From contig JABWCP010000017.1 in the NCBI GenBank assembly GCA_013360215.1, positions 45,359 to 65,358 of the forward strand: 20,000 bases of DNA, written 5' to 3'. Within the stretch, counting starts at the first letter, position 1; each line of letters starts with the position of its first letter. Source of the stretch: a bacterium (lineage in GTDB: Bacteria > CLD3 > SB21). The position numbers were made by a program, and so were the translations under genes. Below the pieces are notes generated by a model that saw only the letters and a list, made by a program, of their open reading frames with translations, had not been told where the DNA came from and made no database searches. Shown here in pieces: positions 8,454-17,931 of the stretch.

Positions 8454-8583
8454 GCAGTTTTACAATTTGCCAATCGTTATGATTAATGCCAATCTGACAT
8501 GGATCAACATATAATTGAGCGAGTAAACGGATAGAATATTAACAATGACAATAGAAGGGGGTATAAGGTTTGTTGTAAATAAA

Positions 8584-8958
8584 TTACAAAAGTCTAGCCA
8601 GAGTTTGGCCTAAGAGAACAAGTGCAAGCCCGCCCACAATGCTTCCGGCAATATAAAATATAGAAAAATAAAACTCCATCGTACGCATCATAAGTATGCT
8701 TTCGTATCCAAACGCTGAAAAAGTAGTGAAACCGCCGAGCAATCCTACAGTGATAAATAATCGGATTTGCGGATTAAATGCAGAACGTATTTCAGCGATC
8801 TCCATAATGAATCCTATAAAAAAACAACCGATGAGATTGACAATCAAAGTACCCAAAGGAAACAACAAACCGGAACGTTGTTGTATGACGTATTGAAGCC
8901 CATACCTTGCCATTGCACCCAGTGCGCCGCCTAATCCGATCAGGATAAATTGAGTCAT
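8584..8958 (-). CDS. crcB: Fluoride efflux channel Fluc/CrcB
   Basis: 124 aa with 4 hydrophobic helices. Motifs GGALGAMARY, GTLIVNLIGCF and GLLGGFTTFSAF. Confidence 0.97.
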   Translation of the reverse strand: MTQFILIGLGGALGAMARYGLQYVIQQRSGLLFPLGTLIVNLIGCFFIGFIMEIAEIRSAFNPQIRLFITVGLLGGFTTFSAFGYESILMMRTMEFYFSIFYIAGSIVGGLALVLLGQTLARLL

Positions 8959-8991
8959 ATTATAAAATTGTAAAATTAACGGAGTTAATTT

Positions 8992-9855
8992 CTATAGATA
9001 AATATCTAATGCCGTAAAAACAAAGTAGGTGATACTGATGAAGCCATTCATATTCATGAAAGCGATATTTACTTTGGATAAATCATGAGCACGTACTAAC
9101 GATTGTTCGTATATCAGCAAAGCCGTAATTATGCACACACCTGCGAAATATATCCAGCCCATTTCCCAGTGAAAACCGACGTATGTTAGAAAAAAAACGG
9201 CTGTCGCATGCAAGAAACGCGAAATCCACAGAGCATTGGTAATTCCAAATTTGCCCGGTATCGAAAACAAACCTTCAGAGCGATCAAATTCGTAATCCTG
9301 GCAAGCATAGATTATATCAAATCCGGAAACCCAAGTTAATACGGCGCAACCAAGCATGAATGCCGTCCAATCCCATTGGCCGGACATAGCGATCCATGCT
9401 CCCAGGGGAGCGATTCCCAGCGCGATTCCTAAAAAAATATGTGCTGAAGCCGTAAAACGTTTGGTAATGGAATAAAATAAAACAAAAAAAAGAGCGACGG
9501 GTGATAACATAAAACATAGAGGGTTGAGAAAATAGGATGCCAAAACCAGCGCGGCTGATGCTATAACCACAAATATCCATGCTTGCTTTTGCGTGATAAC
9601 ACCGCGAGGAATTTCTCGATTCACCGTACGTGGATTTTTTGCATCATACCGTGCGTCCACGATACGATTGAAGCCCATCGCCGCACTGCGTGCACCGGCC
9701 ATGGCGATGACGATCCAAAAAAATTTGGACAAGGTCAGTGGAAACTCGCGGCCGCTGACGACAAACGATGTTAAAGCAAACGGTAGCGCAAAAATCGTAT
9801 GAGAAAACTTGATCATGCGACCGTAATCAACAACTAACTTCCAAACGCGCATCAT
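8992..9855 (-). CDS. UbiA-family prenyltransferase, probably MqnP-type (futalosine menaquinone pathway)
   Basis: [40 protein letters not shown], and a second Asp-rich motif [13 protein letters not shown]. Polytopic membrane protein. Confidence 0.88.
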   Translation of the reverse strand: MMRVWKLVVDYGRMIKFSHTIFALPFALTSFVVSGREFPLTLSKFFWIVIAMAGARSAAMGFNRIVDARYDAKNPRTVNREIPRGVITQKQAWIFVVIASAALVLASYFLNPLCFMLSPVALFFVLFYSITKRFTASAHIFLGIALGIAPLGAWIAMSGQWDWTAFMLGCAVLTWVSGFDIIYACQDYEFDRSEGLFSIPGKFGITNALWISRFLHATAVFFLTYVGFHWEMGWIYFAGVCIITALLIYEQSLVRAHDLSKVNIAFMNMNGFISITYFVFTALDIYL

Positions 9856-10427
9856 GCGTTGTATTCCTTGCGCGTAAGTTCTTCGAATTTGTCAAAGGAG
9901 ATTTTAGGGTGACCAAAACGGCAAGCCAAGTCGAGCCATTTTTGCGCTTCATTTTTTTGTCCGCGTAAAATGTAAACAGCGGCGAGGCCTCGCTTAGCCA
10001 TGACGTATTTGTCATCCACCAAGAGCGCATCGCGGAACGCTTTTTCGGCATCATCATATTTTTTTAAATAAAGCCATGCATGTCCGAGATAAACTAGAGC
10101 AACGGCTTCTACTTTGAAAGAATACAGACCGTACGAAAAAAACATCAACCACTTTATCCAAGGAGCGCCACGCAGAGTTTCCAGGAATTGCCGAAATCGT
10201 ATTGTTGCTTGTTCAGGACGTTTACGACGCAATTCGCGTTTTCCTGCAAAAAAATCAAACCAATAGTAGCGTGCCAAACGATTGGGGATAAGGATCACGG
10301 CCGCCATTAAAACCATTTGATACATTTTGAGTTGATAGTTGATCATCAAATAACCAAAACCCGTTATGATCAGACCTAAAAGTATGATATACAAAAAACG
10401 ATTGCGGGCAACGCGATGTTTGAACAT
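9852..10427 (-). CDS. Membrane protein with C-terminal TPR repeats
   Basis: Two N-terminal hydrophobic segments, then a TPR (ALVYLGHAWLYLKKYDDAEKAFRDAL). Start moved to ATG 10427 with GAGGA upstream. The stop overlaps the prenyltransferase start (ATGA). Confidence 0.75.
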   Translation of the reverse strand: MFKHRVARNRFLYIILLGLIITGFGYLMINYQLKMYQMVLMAAVILIPNRLARYYWFDFFAGKRELRRKRPEQATIRFRQFLETLRGAPWIKWLMFFSYGLYSFKVEAVALVYLGHAWLYLKKYDDAEKAFRDALLVDDKYVMAKRGLAAVYILRGQKNEAQKWLDLACRFGHPKISFDKFEELTRKEYNA

Positions 10428-10449
10428 AGTTTTTTCCTCGATTGTGCGT

Positions 10450-10478
10450 ACGATACCAAAAAAATCAATGCCGTGCAA
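10450..10478 (-). promoter_or_regulatory. Putative promoter for the TPR - prenyltransferase - crcB unit
   Basis: Minus strand TTGCAC (10478-10473) - 17 nt - TATCGT (10455-10450), with a TGn extended -10. Confidence 0.5.
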
Positions 10479-10494
10479 GGCTTGAAAATACATT

Positions 10495-10523
10495 TTGCAT
10501 TTTACAATGCGATAAACTATATT
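10495..10523 (+). promoter_or_regulatory. Putative promoter for recJ - gmhB - aminotransferase
   Basis: TTGCAT (10495-10500) - 17 nt - TATATT (10518-10523), back-to-back with the divergent promoter. Confidence 0.55.
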
Positions 10524-10632
10524 TTATCAAGGGTTTATTTATTATCTTTCGGCCCTAATGAAATCAAAAGTGGATTTTTTTCAATTATGATGTTTAAAAA
10601 ACTAAATATAAATCAAACCATTACAATCCCTT

Positions 10633-12363
10633 ATGTTGGAACAACAATGGGTACTGAGCAATCATCATGACAAGGAGCGTGTAAAGAAATTAGCGGAAGA
10701 AATTAACGTACCGGAGCTTATAGCCGGCATCCTTTTCAATCGTGGTATTCGTACGTTTGAAGAGGCTAAAAATTTTTTCCGGGCAGAGAGCGCACCGCTC
10801 AATGATCCTTTTCTTATGCACAATATGGATATTGCGGTTGATCGTGTAACCCGCGCGATCAATAACCGTGAATCTATCATGATTTATGGCGATTACGATG
10901 TGGACGGTACGACCAGTACTTCCATGTTGTATCTCTTCTTCAAAGAAATTCACCGCGGATTTATTTCCTACTACATTCCGGATCGCGTCAAAGAAGGGTA
11001 TGGGCTTTCTCCGACGGGCATCAAGTATGCTCAAGAGCAGGGGATTGACTTACTTATTGCGGTAGATTGTGGTATAACCGCTATTGATCAGGTCAATCTT
11101 GCCAATAAATACGGGATTGACGTGATAATTTGTGACCATCATCATCCCGGCGATCAATTACCTGCGGCGCTAGCTATTCTCAACCCCAAAAAAGAATCGT
11201 GCCCTTATCCGTACAAAGAACTGTGCGGCGTGGGCGTAGCATTCAAATTAGCACAGGCGATCACGCAGACATTGAAAATAGACGAAGATGTGCTTATGCA
11301 ACATCTTGATCTGGTGGCGATCGGCAGCGCTGCTGACATCGTACCGCTTACGGGAGAGAATCGCACCTTAGTAAAAAACGGGCTCAAATTAGTCAGCGAT
11401 GCCAATAAAGTCGGAATTCGCCAGCTGGTCAAGAATGCCAATGTGTTCGGCAAACCTATTTCAACCGCACAGATTGTTTTTTCATTAGCGCCCCGTATCA
11501 ATGCCGTAGGCCGATTGGGTGACGCTAATAGAGCTGTAAAATTATTGGTTACTAAAAGTGAATCCGAAGCCGTCGAATTTGCCAGTGTTTTGGAATCTGA
11601 GAATCGCAATCGCCGTGATCTCAACGAGGTAATGTTTCTTGAAGCTTGTGAAATCGTCGATCAAGAGTTTGATTTTGTCAATGACAAAGTCATCGTGGTT
11701 TATAAAAAAGGATGGCATCAAGGTGTGATCGGTATCGTGGCCAGCAAACTTGTTGAACGTTATTATCGTCCAGCCGTGGTTATCGCCGAAGCCGACGATA
11801 AAGGTAAAGGTTCGGCGCGCAGCGTAGAAAATTTTGATGTGTTTCAAGCGCTCAAGTCGTGCGAAGATCTCATGGTCGGTTACGGAGGCCACAAATATGC
11901 GGCCGGATTGACCATAGACCTCAATAACATAGAAGAGTTTCGCCGCAGACTGAATGAATATGCTGCTATTCATCTTCCGCCCAACGATCTGATCCCGAAA
12001 ATCCATATTGATGCCGAAATTTCATTAGATGAAATCAACAATCGTCTGATGACATTGCTTAATCTTTTTAAACCGCATGGCCCGGCTAATATGAGACCGA
12101 TATTTATCTCACGTTCTTTGCAGATCGTGGGTTATCCTCAATTGATGAATGAGCGTCATATCCGAATGAAAGTTCGCCAAAATGGTGCCGTGTTTGACGC
12201 TGTGGGCTTCAATCTAGGGCACTATTACAACAAAATCGGCGTAGGTGATAATCCGCTGGATCTGGTGTACCAGATTGATGAGAATACCTGGCAAGGTCGG
12301 ACGACTATACAGCTTAAAATCAAAGATCTGAAAATTCAGACTAACGGAAACGGTTATCACTAG
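10633..12363 (+). CDS. recJ: Single-stranded-DNA-specific exonuclease RecJ
   Basis: GDYDVDG, YYIPDRVKEGYG, AVDCG, CDHH, ADIVPLTGENR, APRINAVGRL, DHHA1 motifs GSARS and GGHKYAAG, and a C-terminal OB fold. Confidence 0.98.
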   Translation: MLEQQWVLSNHHDKERVKKLAEEINVPELIAGILFNRGIRTFEEAKNFFRAESAPLNDPFLMHNMDIAVDRVTRAINNRESIMIYGDYDVDGTTSTSMLYLFFKEIHRGFISYYIPDRVKEGYGLSPTGIKYAQEQGIDLLIAVDCGITAIDQVNLANKYGIDVIICDHHHPGDQLPAALAILNPKKESCPYPYKELCGVGVAFKLAQAITQTLKIDEDVLMQHLDLVAIGSAADIVPLTGENRTLVKNGLKLVSDANKVGIRQLVKNANVFGKPISTAQIVFSLAPRINAVGRLGDANRAVKLLVTKSESEAVEFASVLESENRNRRDLNEVMFLEACEIVDQEFDFVNDKVIVVYKKGWHQGVIGIVASKLVERYYRPAVVIAEADDKGKGSARSVENFDVFQALKSCEDLMVGYGGHKYAAGLTIDLNNIEEFRRRLNEYAAIHLPPNDLIPKIHIDAEISLDEINNRLMTLLNLFKPHGPANMRPIFISRSLQIVGYPQLMNERHIRMKVRQNGAVFDAVGFNLGHYYNKIGVGDNPLDLVYQIDENTWQGRTTIQLKIKDLKIQTNGNGYH

Positions 12364-12364
12364 C

Positions 12365-12961
12365 ATGGGTATGCAGGCCAAACCCGCCGTTTTTTTTGAT
12401 CGTGACGGTACTCTGAATGTTGAAAAAAATTACCTGTATCGTCCTGAAGATTTTGAGTGGATATCTGGTGCGCAAGAGGCCGTGCATTTGCTCAATGAAG
12501 CGGGTTTTTTGGTTTTTGTTATTACCAATCAGGCCGGAGTGGCGCGTGGTTTTTATAGCGAACAAGATGTAAATCGTCTACATGATTTTATGGCGGATCA
12601 ATTAGAACAAAAAAAGGCACACATGGATGCCTTTTTTTATTGCCCGCATCATCCGGAAGGCACGATACCCGAATACACTAAACTATGCGATTGCCGCAAA
12701 CCGGCATCGGGCATGATTCGGCAGGCGTTAATGAGGTTTGATATTGATTTAAACACTTCGTTTGTGGTTGGAGATTATAAGTCGGATATTGAGTTGGCCA
12801 ATCGTGAAGCCATACGATCGGTACTGGTAAAAACAGGGCATGGACAAAAGACACTCGATGCGATGAGCACCGGATCAACGGCGTGTAAACCAGATCATAT
12901 AGCCGAAGAAGTTACCGAAGCCGTTCGATGGATATTATGGCAACATAGGGAGCGTAAATAA
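12365..12961 (+). CDS. gmhB: D-glycero-D-manno-heptose 1,7-bisphosphate phosphatase (HAD IIIA)
   Basis: FFDRDGTLN (DxD), ITNQAGVARG, Zn motif CPHHP...CDCRKP, and VGD...D. Start could be 12365 or 12371. Confidence 0.88.
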   Translation: MGMQAKPAVFFDRDGTLNVEKNYLYRPEDFEWISGAQEAVHLLNEAGFLVFVITNQAGVARGFYSEQDVNRLHDFMADQLEQKKAHMDAFFYCPHHPEGTIPEYTKLCDCRKPASGMIRQALMRFDIDLNTSFVVGDYKSDIELANREAIRSVLVKTGHGQKTLDAMSTGSTACKPDHIAEEVTEAVRWILWQHRERK

Positions 12962-14121
12962 TGCAGTATCCGTTTTCATCCTTGAGCCAAACGCTGAAAG
13001 GTTCACCCACCGTTCGGCTTGCTGAAAAAGCACAGACGCTGAAAGATGCGGGCGTTGATATCGTAGATCTGACTATCGGGGAACCGGATTTCCCGACACC
13101 TGCGCATATTAGCGAGGCCGCCTATCGTGCAGCACAAGCGGGTAATACTAAGTATACCAACAGCCGCGGGATACTTCCTCTACGTAAGGCGATTGCCGAA
13201 AAACTTCAACGAGATTACTCACTTTCATATGATGCGAATACTGAAATTATCGTAACTCCCGGCGGGAAACAAGCTGTGGTGTATGTGATCCAGGCAATAA
13301 TCAATCCGGGCGATGAAGTGATATGTATCGAACCGTGTTGGGTCGGTTACGAGGGTTCTATAGCAATGGCCGGAGGCCAATATATCGGCGTACCTATGTA
13401 TGAATCGGATAATTTTTGTATAGATATTGATCGCCTTCGAGCGGCGGTGACGCCTAAAACTAAATTAATCATCATCAATAGTCCGTCTAATCCTACCGGT
13501 AAGGTCCTTTCAAAACGGGAAATCGAAAGTATTTGTTCTGTATGTAATGAACGCAATCTGATGCTTCTGACGGATGATATTTATGAAAAAATACTATACG
13601 ATAATCACATGTTTGTCCCTGCAGCCGGTTTACCGGGCATGCGCGATCGTACGATCATACTCAATGGTTTTTCCAAGGCATACTCGATGACGGGTTGGCG
13701 ACTGGCGTATTTGGCCGCCCATAAACAAATCATATCGGAGATCAATAAACTGCAACAGCTTTCAGCAACATGTCCTTCGTCGGTGAGTCAATGGGCGGGT
13801 GTGGAAGCCTTGAACGGTGATCAATCCGCTATTCAAGTCATGGCGTCAGCTTATGCTGTACGCCGCGAAATCGTCGTGCAGGGATTTACTAAACATGGTT
13901 TGCCATGTTTCAGACCCGAAGGCGCTTTTTACGCATGGATCAATGTGAAAAAGTTAGGTATGAATTCTGTCGCGGCATGCGAATATATACTTGATAAATG
14001 CAATATCGCCGCTGTACCCGGAAGTGCTTTTGGAATCTCGGGCGAAGGTTATATCCGCGCCTCATTTGCTACGTCAGAAGAAAATTTACAAAAAGCTATT
14101 AAAAACCTTGAGAATTTGTAA
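12961..14121 (+). CDS. PLP-dependent aminotransferase class I/II (aspartate aminotransferase subgroup Ib-like)
   Basis: GEPDFPTP, TPGGKQA, NSPSNPTG, DDIYE, and NGFSKAYSMTGWRL (PLP lysine). TAATG coupling to gmhB. Confidence 0.92.
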   Translation: MQYPFSSLSQTLKGSPTVRLAEKAQTLKDAGVDIVDLTIGEPDFPTPAHISEAAYRAAQAGNTKYTNSRGILPLRKAIAEKLQRDYSLSYDANTEIIVTPGGKQAVVYVIQAIINPGDEVICIEPCWVGYEGSIAMAGGQYIGVPMYESDNFCIDIDRLRAAVTPKTKLIIINSPSNPTGKVLSKREIESICSVCNERNLMLLTDDIYEKILYDNHMFVPAAGLPGMRDRTIILNGFSKAYSMTGWRLAYLAAHKQIISEINKLQQLSATCPSSVSQWAGVEALNGDQSAIQVMASAYAVRREIVVQGFTKHGLPCFRPEGAFYAWINVKKLGMNSVAACEYILDKCNIAAVPGSAFGISGEGYIRASFATSEENLQKAIKNLENL

Positions 14122-14136
14122 TCGGTAGTATATATT
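14108..14136 (+). promoter_or_regulatory. Putative tRNA promoter with a GC-rich discriminator
   Basis: TTGAGA (14108-14113) - 17 nt - TATATT (14131-14136), followed by GCCGCCG. Confidence 0.65.
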
Positions 14137-14162
14137 GCCGCCGTTGTTTGAATAATATGGAT

Positions 14163-14237
14163 CGGAATGTGGCGCAGCCCGGATAGCGCACTCCCTTGGG
14201 GTGGGAGGGGTCGGAGGTTCAAATCCTCTCATTCCGA
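14163..14237 (+). tRNA. tRNA-Pro (anticodon GGG); CCA end not encoded
   Basis: Acceptor stem CGGAATG/CATTCCG plus discriminator A, D arm GCGC/GCGC, anticodon arm CTCCC-TTGGGGT-GGGAG, T arm GGAGG-TTCAAAT-CCTCT. Followed by CAA rather than CCA. Confidence 0.97.
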
Positions 14238-14240
14238 CAA

Positions 14241-14277
14241 AAAAGAAAAGCCCTCATCAACGAGGGCTTTTCTTTTT
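14241..14277. terminator. Bidirectional intrinsic terminator between tRNA-Pro and the OPT transporter gene
   Basis: AAAAGAAAAGCCCTC-ATCAAC-GAGGGCTTTTCTTTT is a perfect inverted repeat with A and T tracts on either side, between convergent genes. Confidence 0.92.
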
Positions 14278-14295
14278 ATGATATTTTTATAGCCT

Positions 14296-16281
14296 CTATT
14301 CTTCTTCCGGTTTTCCGCGCATCGAGTCCCAATACATATAGATCAGAATTCCAACAAACATCAAACCGGCTAATAATTCACCCCCGTGCGATTCAGCCCA
14401 TTCGGCATTAAACCAGTTATATCCCGCATAGCGTAAGATCGCGCTGATTACGCCCATGAGGGCGCCGCCGGCAATGAAGCCCGAAGCGATGAGCGTGCCG
14501 CGTTCGCGACGCGCATTGTTAAGTTTTTCGTCGGTGGAACGGGTTGAAACCCAGTGAGCTATCAGACCACCGAAAAGCAAGGGTGTATTGAGTTCTAAGG
14601 GAATATACATCCCTAGGGCAAAAGCGAGTGCCGGTACGCCTAACCATGCCAGTACTATCGCCATAAATGCACCTCCGACATACAGCATCCACGGTGCCGG
14701 TTGACCGGTCATCAGCGGCTGTATGACGGCGGCCATGGCATTGGCTTGTGGTGCAACTAATGCATCAGGCCCGGTAAACCCGTAGGTTTCATTGAGAAGC
14801 ATGATCACCCATCCTACAGTAAGTGATGCTACTAATGCACCCGCAAATTTCCATGTTTCTTGTTTGTACGGAGAGGAACCGAGCCAATATCCGATTTTGA
14901 GGTCCGTAATAAAAGAACCAGCACATGATAAAGCTGTACAGACTACGCCACCGATGATCAGTGCCGAGAGCATACCGACTTCACCTGTAAGACCGGATGA
15001 AACTAATACTACAGACGCGATGATAAGCGTCATTAAGGTCATACCGGAAACGGGATTTGTTCCGACAATAGCGATCGCATTAGCCGCAACGGTCGTAAAC
15101 AAAAATGATATAATGAGCACCACTGCGAGTCCGATCAGTGCGTGGGTCAGATTTTGTACAACGCCCATTTGAAAAAATATGAAAATCATAACGGCTACAA
15201 CCAAAACACCGATGCCGACGATTTTCATACTCAGATCACGTTGGGTGCGCAAGGCATTAGCGTTGTCGCCTTTGTTACCGCCGATTTCTTTGAATCCTAA
15301 GATGAAAGCTGACTTGATGATACCGGATGAACGAATAATGCCAATGATGCCGGCCATTGCGATACCACCGATGCCGATATGACGAACGTAATTTCTAAAA
15401 ATTTCCTCCGCCGTCATAGCGCCGATCAGTTTGGTTACATTGACGCCGAGCGGTGTCGTAAGGCCTGTGCCTATGTAATATACGGTCGGAATCAGAAGAT
15501 ACCACGAGACGAATGAACCGCAAGCAATGATCAATGAATAACGCAGACCGATAATAAAACCGAGGCCGGTTACGGCGGCGCCGATATTCACTTTAAAAAC
15601 AAGCTTGGCTTTATCGGCTAATTCCATGCCCCATGGCAATGCGCGGGTTGAAAAAACTTCGCTCCACCAACCAAAAGTAGCCACGATAAAATCGTAAATT
15701 CCGCCTATGATGCCTGATAATACCAATACTTTCGCTTGATTGCCGCCTTTTTCGCCGGCCACAAGAACTTCGGTTGTGGCCGTTGCTTCCGGAAAGGGAA
15801 ACTTACCGTGCATGTCGGCTACGAAATATTTACGGAATGGAATCAGGAATAGGGTTCCTAGAAAAGCACCGAAAAGCGATGCTAGGAATACTTTGAAAAA
15901 GTCAGCTTGGAGGTTGAGAATGTAAAGCGCTGGTATTGTAAATATGGCGCCTGCTACCACCGCGCCGCTATTGGCTCCGATGGATTGAATGATCACATTT
16001 TCGCCCAGCGCATTTTTGCGTTTCGAAGCGGCGGAAAGTCCTACGGCGATGATCGCGATAGGGATGGCGGCTTCAAAAACCTGACCGATTTTGAGTCCTA
16101 AATATGCGGCGGCCGCAGAAAACAACATCGCCATGATCAGTCCCCAAAAAACAGACCTGAAATTTACTTCGGGATACACCTGCTGCGGTGACATAATGGG
16201 GGTGTAGGTTTCGCCGGGCTTTAATTCCGTGTAGGCATTGGAGGGTAAACCTTTGACGCCTTGAGAAGAATGTTCGCTCAT
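14296..16281 (-). CDS. Oligopeptide transporter, OPT family
   Basis: 661 aa, highly hydrophobic. Motifs YLGLKIG...AAIP, ENVIIQSIG, PFPEATATTEVL, NPVSGMTL, DLKIGYWLG, APQANAMA and ASGFIAGGALMG. Confidence 0.95.
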   Translation of the reverse strand: MSEHSSQGVKGLPSNAYTELKPGETYTPIMSPQQVYPEVNFRSVFWGLIMAMLFSAAAAYLGLKIGQVFEAAIPIAIIAVGLSAASKRKNALGENVIIQSIGANSGAVVAGAIFTIPALYILNLQADFFKVFLASLFGAFLGTLFLIPFRKYFVADMHGKFPFPEATATTEVLVAGEKGGNQAKVLVLSGIIGGIYDFIVATFGWWSEVFSTRALPWGMELADKAKLVFKVNIGAAVTGLGFIIGLRYSLIIACGSFVSWYLLIPTVYYIGTGLTTPLGVNVTKLIGAMTAEEIFRNYVRHIGIGGIAMAGIIGIIRSSGIIKSAFILGFKEIGGNKGDNANALRTQRDLSMKIVGIGVLVVAVMIFIFFQMGVVQNLTHALIGLAVVLIISFLFTTVAANAIAIVGTNPVSGMTLMTLIIASVVLVSSGLTGEVGMLSALIIGGVVCTALSCAGSFITDLKIGYWLGSSPYKQETWKFAGALVASLTVGWVIMLLNETYGFTGPDALVAPQANAMAAVIQPLMTGQPAPWMLYVGGAFMAIVLAWLGVPALAFALGMYIPLELNTPLLFGGLIAHWVSTRSTDEKLNNARRERGTLIASGFIAGGALMGVISAILRYAGYNWFNAEWAESHGGELLAGLMFVGILIYMYWDSMRGKPEEE

Positions 16282-16484
16282 ACGTGTCTCGCTTGAAGTT
16301 CGGTGAGAGAATTTAATTATTTAGAAATGATTGATTGAATATAGATAGGCGCTCAAAACAAGCAAACACGAGCCTATCTGAAGTAATCAGGTCAAACGTA
16401 AATCAAAGAAAGGTTACAGTCGTCAAGCGCAGAATACCATGAGAAAAATCATAAAGGCCAACTGCGAATATATAAGGCTTGCGG

Positions 16485-17879
16485 TTAATCACATTGGGTG
16501 ATTTGTGTATCGGGTTCGATGGGTACGGGATATTTCCCGCTAAAGCAAGCTGTGCAGTAGTTGTGTGGGCCGTTGGGCACACACTCCAACATACCGTCAA
16601 GAGAAAGATACTCCAACGAATCGGCGCCGATACTTTTGCAGAGTGCATCTTTATTCATGGTATTGGCGATTAATTCTTCTTTGGTCGGGAAATCCATGCC
16701 ATAATAACATGGTGAAGTGACGGGCGGGGAACTGATACGAATGTGCACTTCTTTGGCCCCGGCTTTACGTATCATCGTAACCAAAGCTTTGAGCGTAGTG
16801 CCGCGCACGATCGAATCGTCAATGACGACAACACGGCGATCACGCAGAACGCCTTCTACCGCATTAAACTTTAATCGCACTTTCAGATCGCGCATAGACT
16901 GTACGGGATGAATGAAGGTACGGCCTACATAATGGTTGCGGATAAGACCGAGTTCAAATTTCAAACCCGTTCGGCGCGAATAGCCTACGGCTGCGGTATT
17001 GCTGGAGTCGGGTACACTGATCACGATATCCGCGTCCACACTGTGTTCCAGAGCGAGGCGTTTCCCGAGTTTGCGACGTGCTTTGTCCACATTATCGCCA
17101 AAAATTTTACTGTCTGGGCGAGAAAAATATACAAATTCAAAAATACAATGCGCGGGTGTGGGTAGCGGGTCAAAAATCATTCGAGTTTGCATACGGTCAC
17201 GGTCCACGACGATAAATTCGCCCGGCTTTACGTCACGCACATATTCGGCGCCGATGATATCCAGCGCGCAGGACTCACTTGCTATTACGGTAGCTTGGTC
17301 CAATTTACCGATACATAGCGGACGAATACCCCACGGATCACGTGCAGCAATAAGTTTGTCTTTAGTTATCAGAAGTAGCGAATATGCACCGCGAATCTGA
17401 TGCAATGCGGCGATAATTTGTTCTTCAACAGTGGCTTTACCGGAACGGGCAGCAAGATGAAGAATGACTTCGGTGTCGTTGTTTCCTTGAAGGATGGCCC
17501 CGTTATTTTGGAGTTCGCGACGAAGGCTTTGATAGTTGGTCAGGTTTCCGTTATGGGCGGCCGATATCGGCCCGGTGCTGATAATAGCTGTCAAAGGCTG
17601 TACGTTTTGCATAAAACTTCCACCGGTCGTTGAATACCGATTATGACCGATGGCCGAATGACCGGGTAAACGATCAAAAATTTTATCATCAGCGAATACG
17701 TCGCTGACTAATCCCATACCGACATGGCGATAGGTTCGTTCACCATCGGCCGATACGATGCCGGTGGACTCTTGTCCGCGATGTTGGAGGGAATACAAGC
17801 CAAAATAAGTCAGTCGTGATGCTTCAGGATGACCATAAATGCCAAACACACCGCATTCTTCTTTGATATCTTCTGACAT
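16485..17879 (-). CDS. purF: Amidophosphoribosyltransferase (propeptide, [4Fe-4S] type)
   Basis: MSEDIKEE|CGVFG (Ntn Cys after a propeptide), QHRGQES, GHNRYST, HNGNL and the PRPP motif VVVIDDSIVRGTT. Fe-S cysteines in HCIFE, PCYYG and YCTAC. The ORF-track extension to 18077 is not credible. Confidence 0.98.
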   Translation of the reverse strand: MSEDIKEECGVFGIYGHPEASRLTYFGLYSLQHRGQESTGIVSADGERTYRHVGMGLVSDVFADDKIFDRLPGHSAIGHNRYSTTGGSFMQNVQPLTAIISTGPISAAHNGNLTNYQSLRRELQNNGAILQGNNDTEVILHLAARSGKATVEEQIIAALHQIRGAYSLLLITKDKLIAARDPWGIRPLCIGKLDQATVIASESCALDIIGAEYVRDVKPGEFIVVDRDRMQTRMIFDPLPTPAHCIFEFVYFSRPDSKIFGDNVDKARRKLGKRLALEHSVDADIVISVPDSSNTAAVGYSRRTGLKFELGLIRNHYVGRTFIHPVQSMRDLKVRLKFNAVEGVLRDRRVVVIDDSIVRGTTLKALVTMIRKAGAKEVHIRISSPPVTSPCYYGMDFPTKEELIANTMNKDALCKSIGADSLEYLSLDGMLECVPNGPHNYCTACFSGKYPVPIEPDTQITQCD

Positions 17880-17931
17880 AGTGTTACTTAATAGATTTTT
17901 GAGAACATACTTAACACAATTCGTGCGGCGC

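Noticed and set aside
10665-12006. Antisense ORFs of 71-154 aa within recJ, and similar ones in purB, psd, OPT and purF
   Set aside because: They are shadow frames of well-conserved genes with no recognisable motifs.
14163-14300. tRNA-Pro as a possible island integration site
   Set aside because: The terminator follows immediately, and no integrase or duplicated tRNA 3' end is seen in the window.
14196-14411. 71-aa ORF from the ORF track
   Set aside because: It overlaps the tRNA, the terminator and the antisense end of the OPT gene, so it is spurious.
16403-16673. 81-aa and 64-aa ORFs at the purF 3' end
   Set aside because: They mostly overlap purF in other frames, with no SD or family resemblance.
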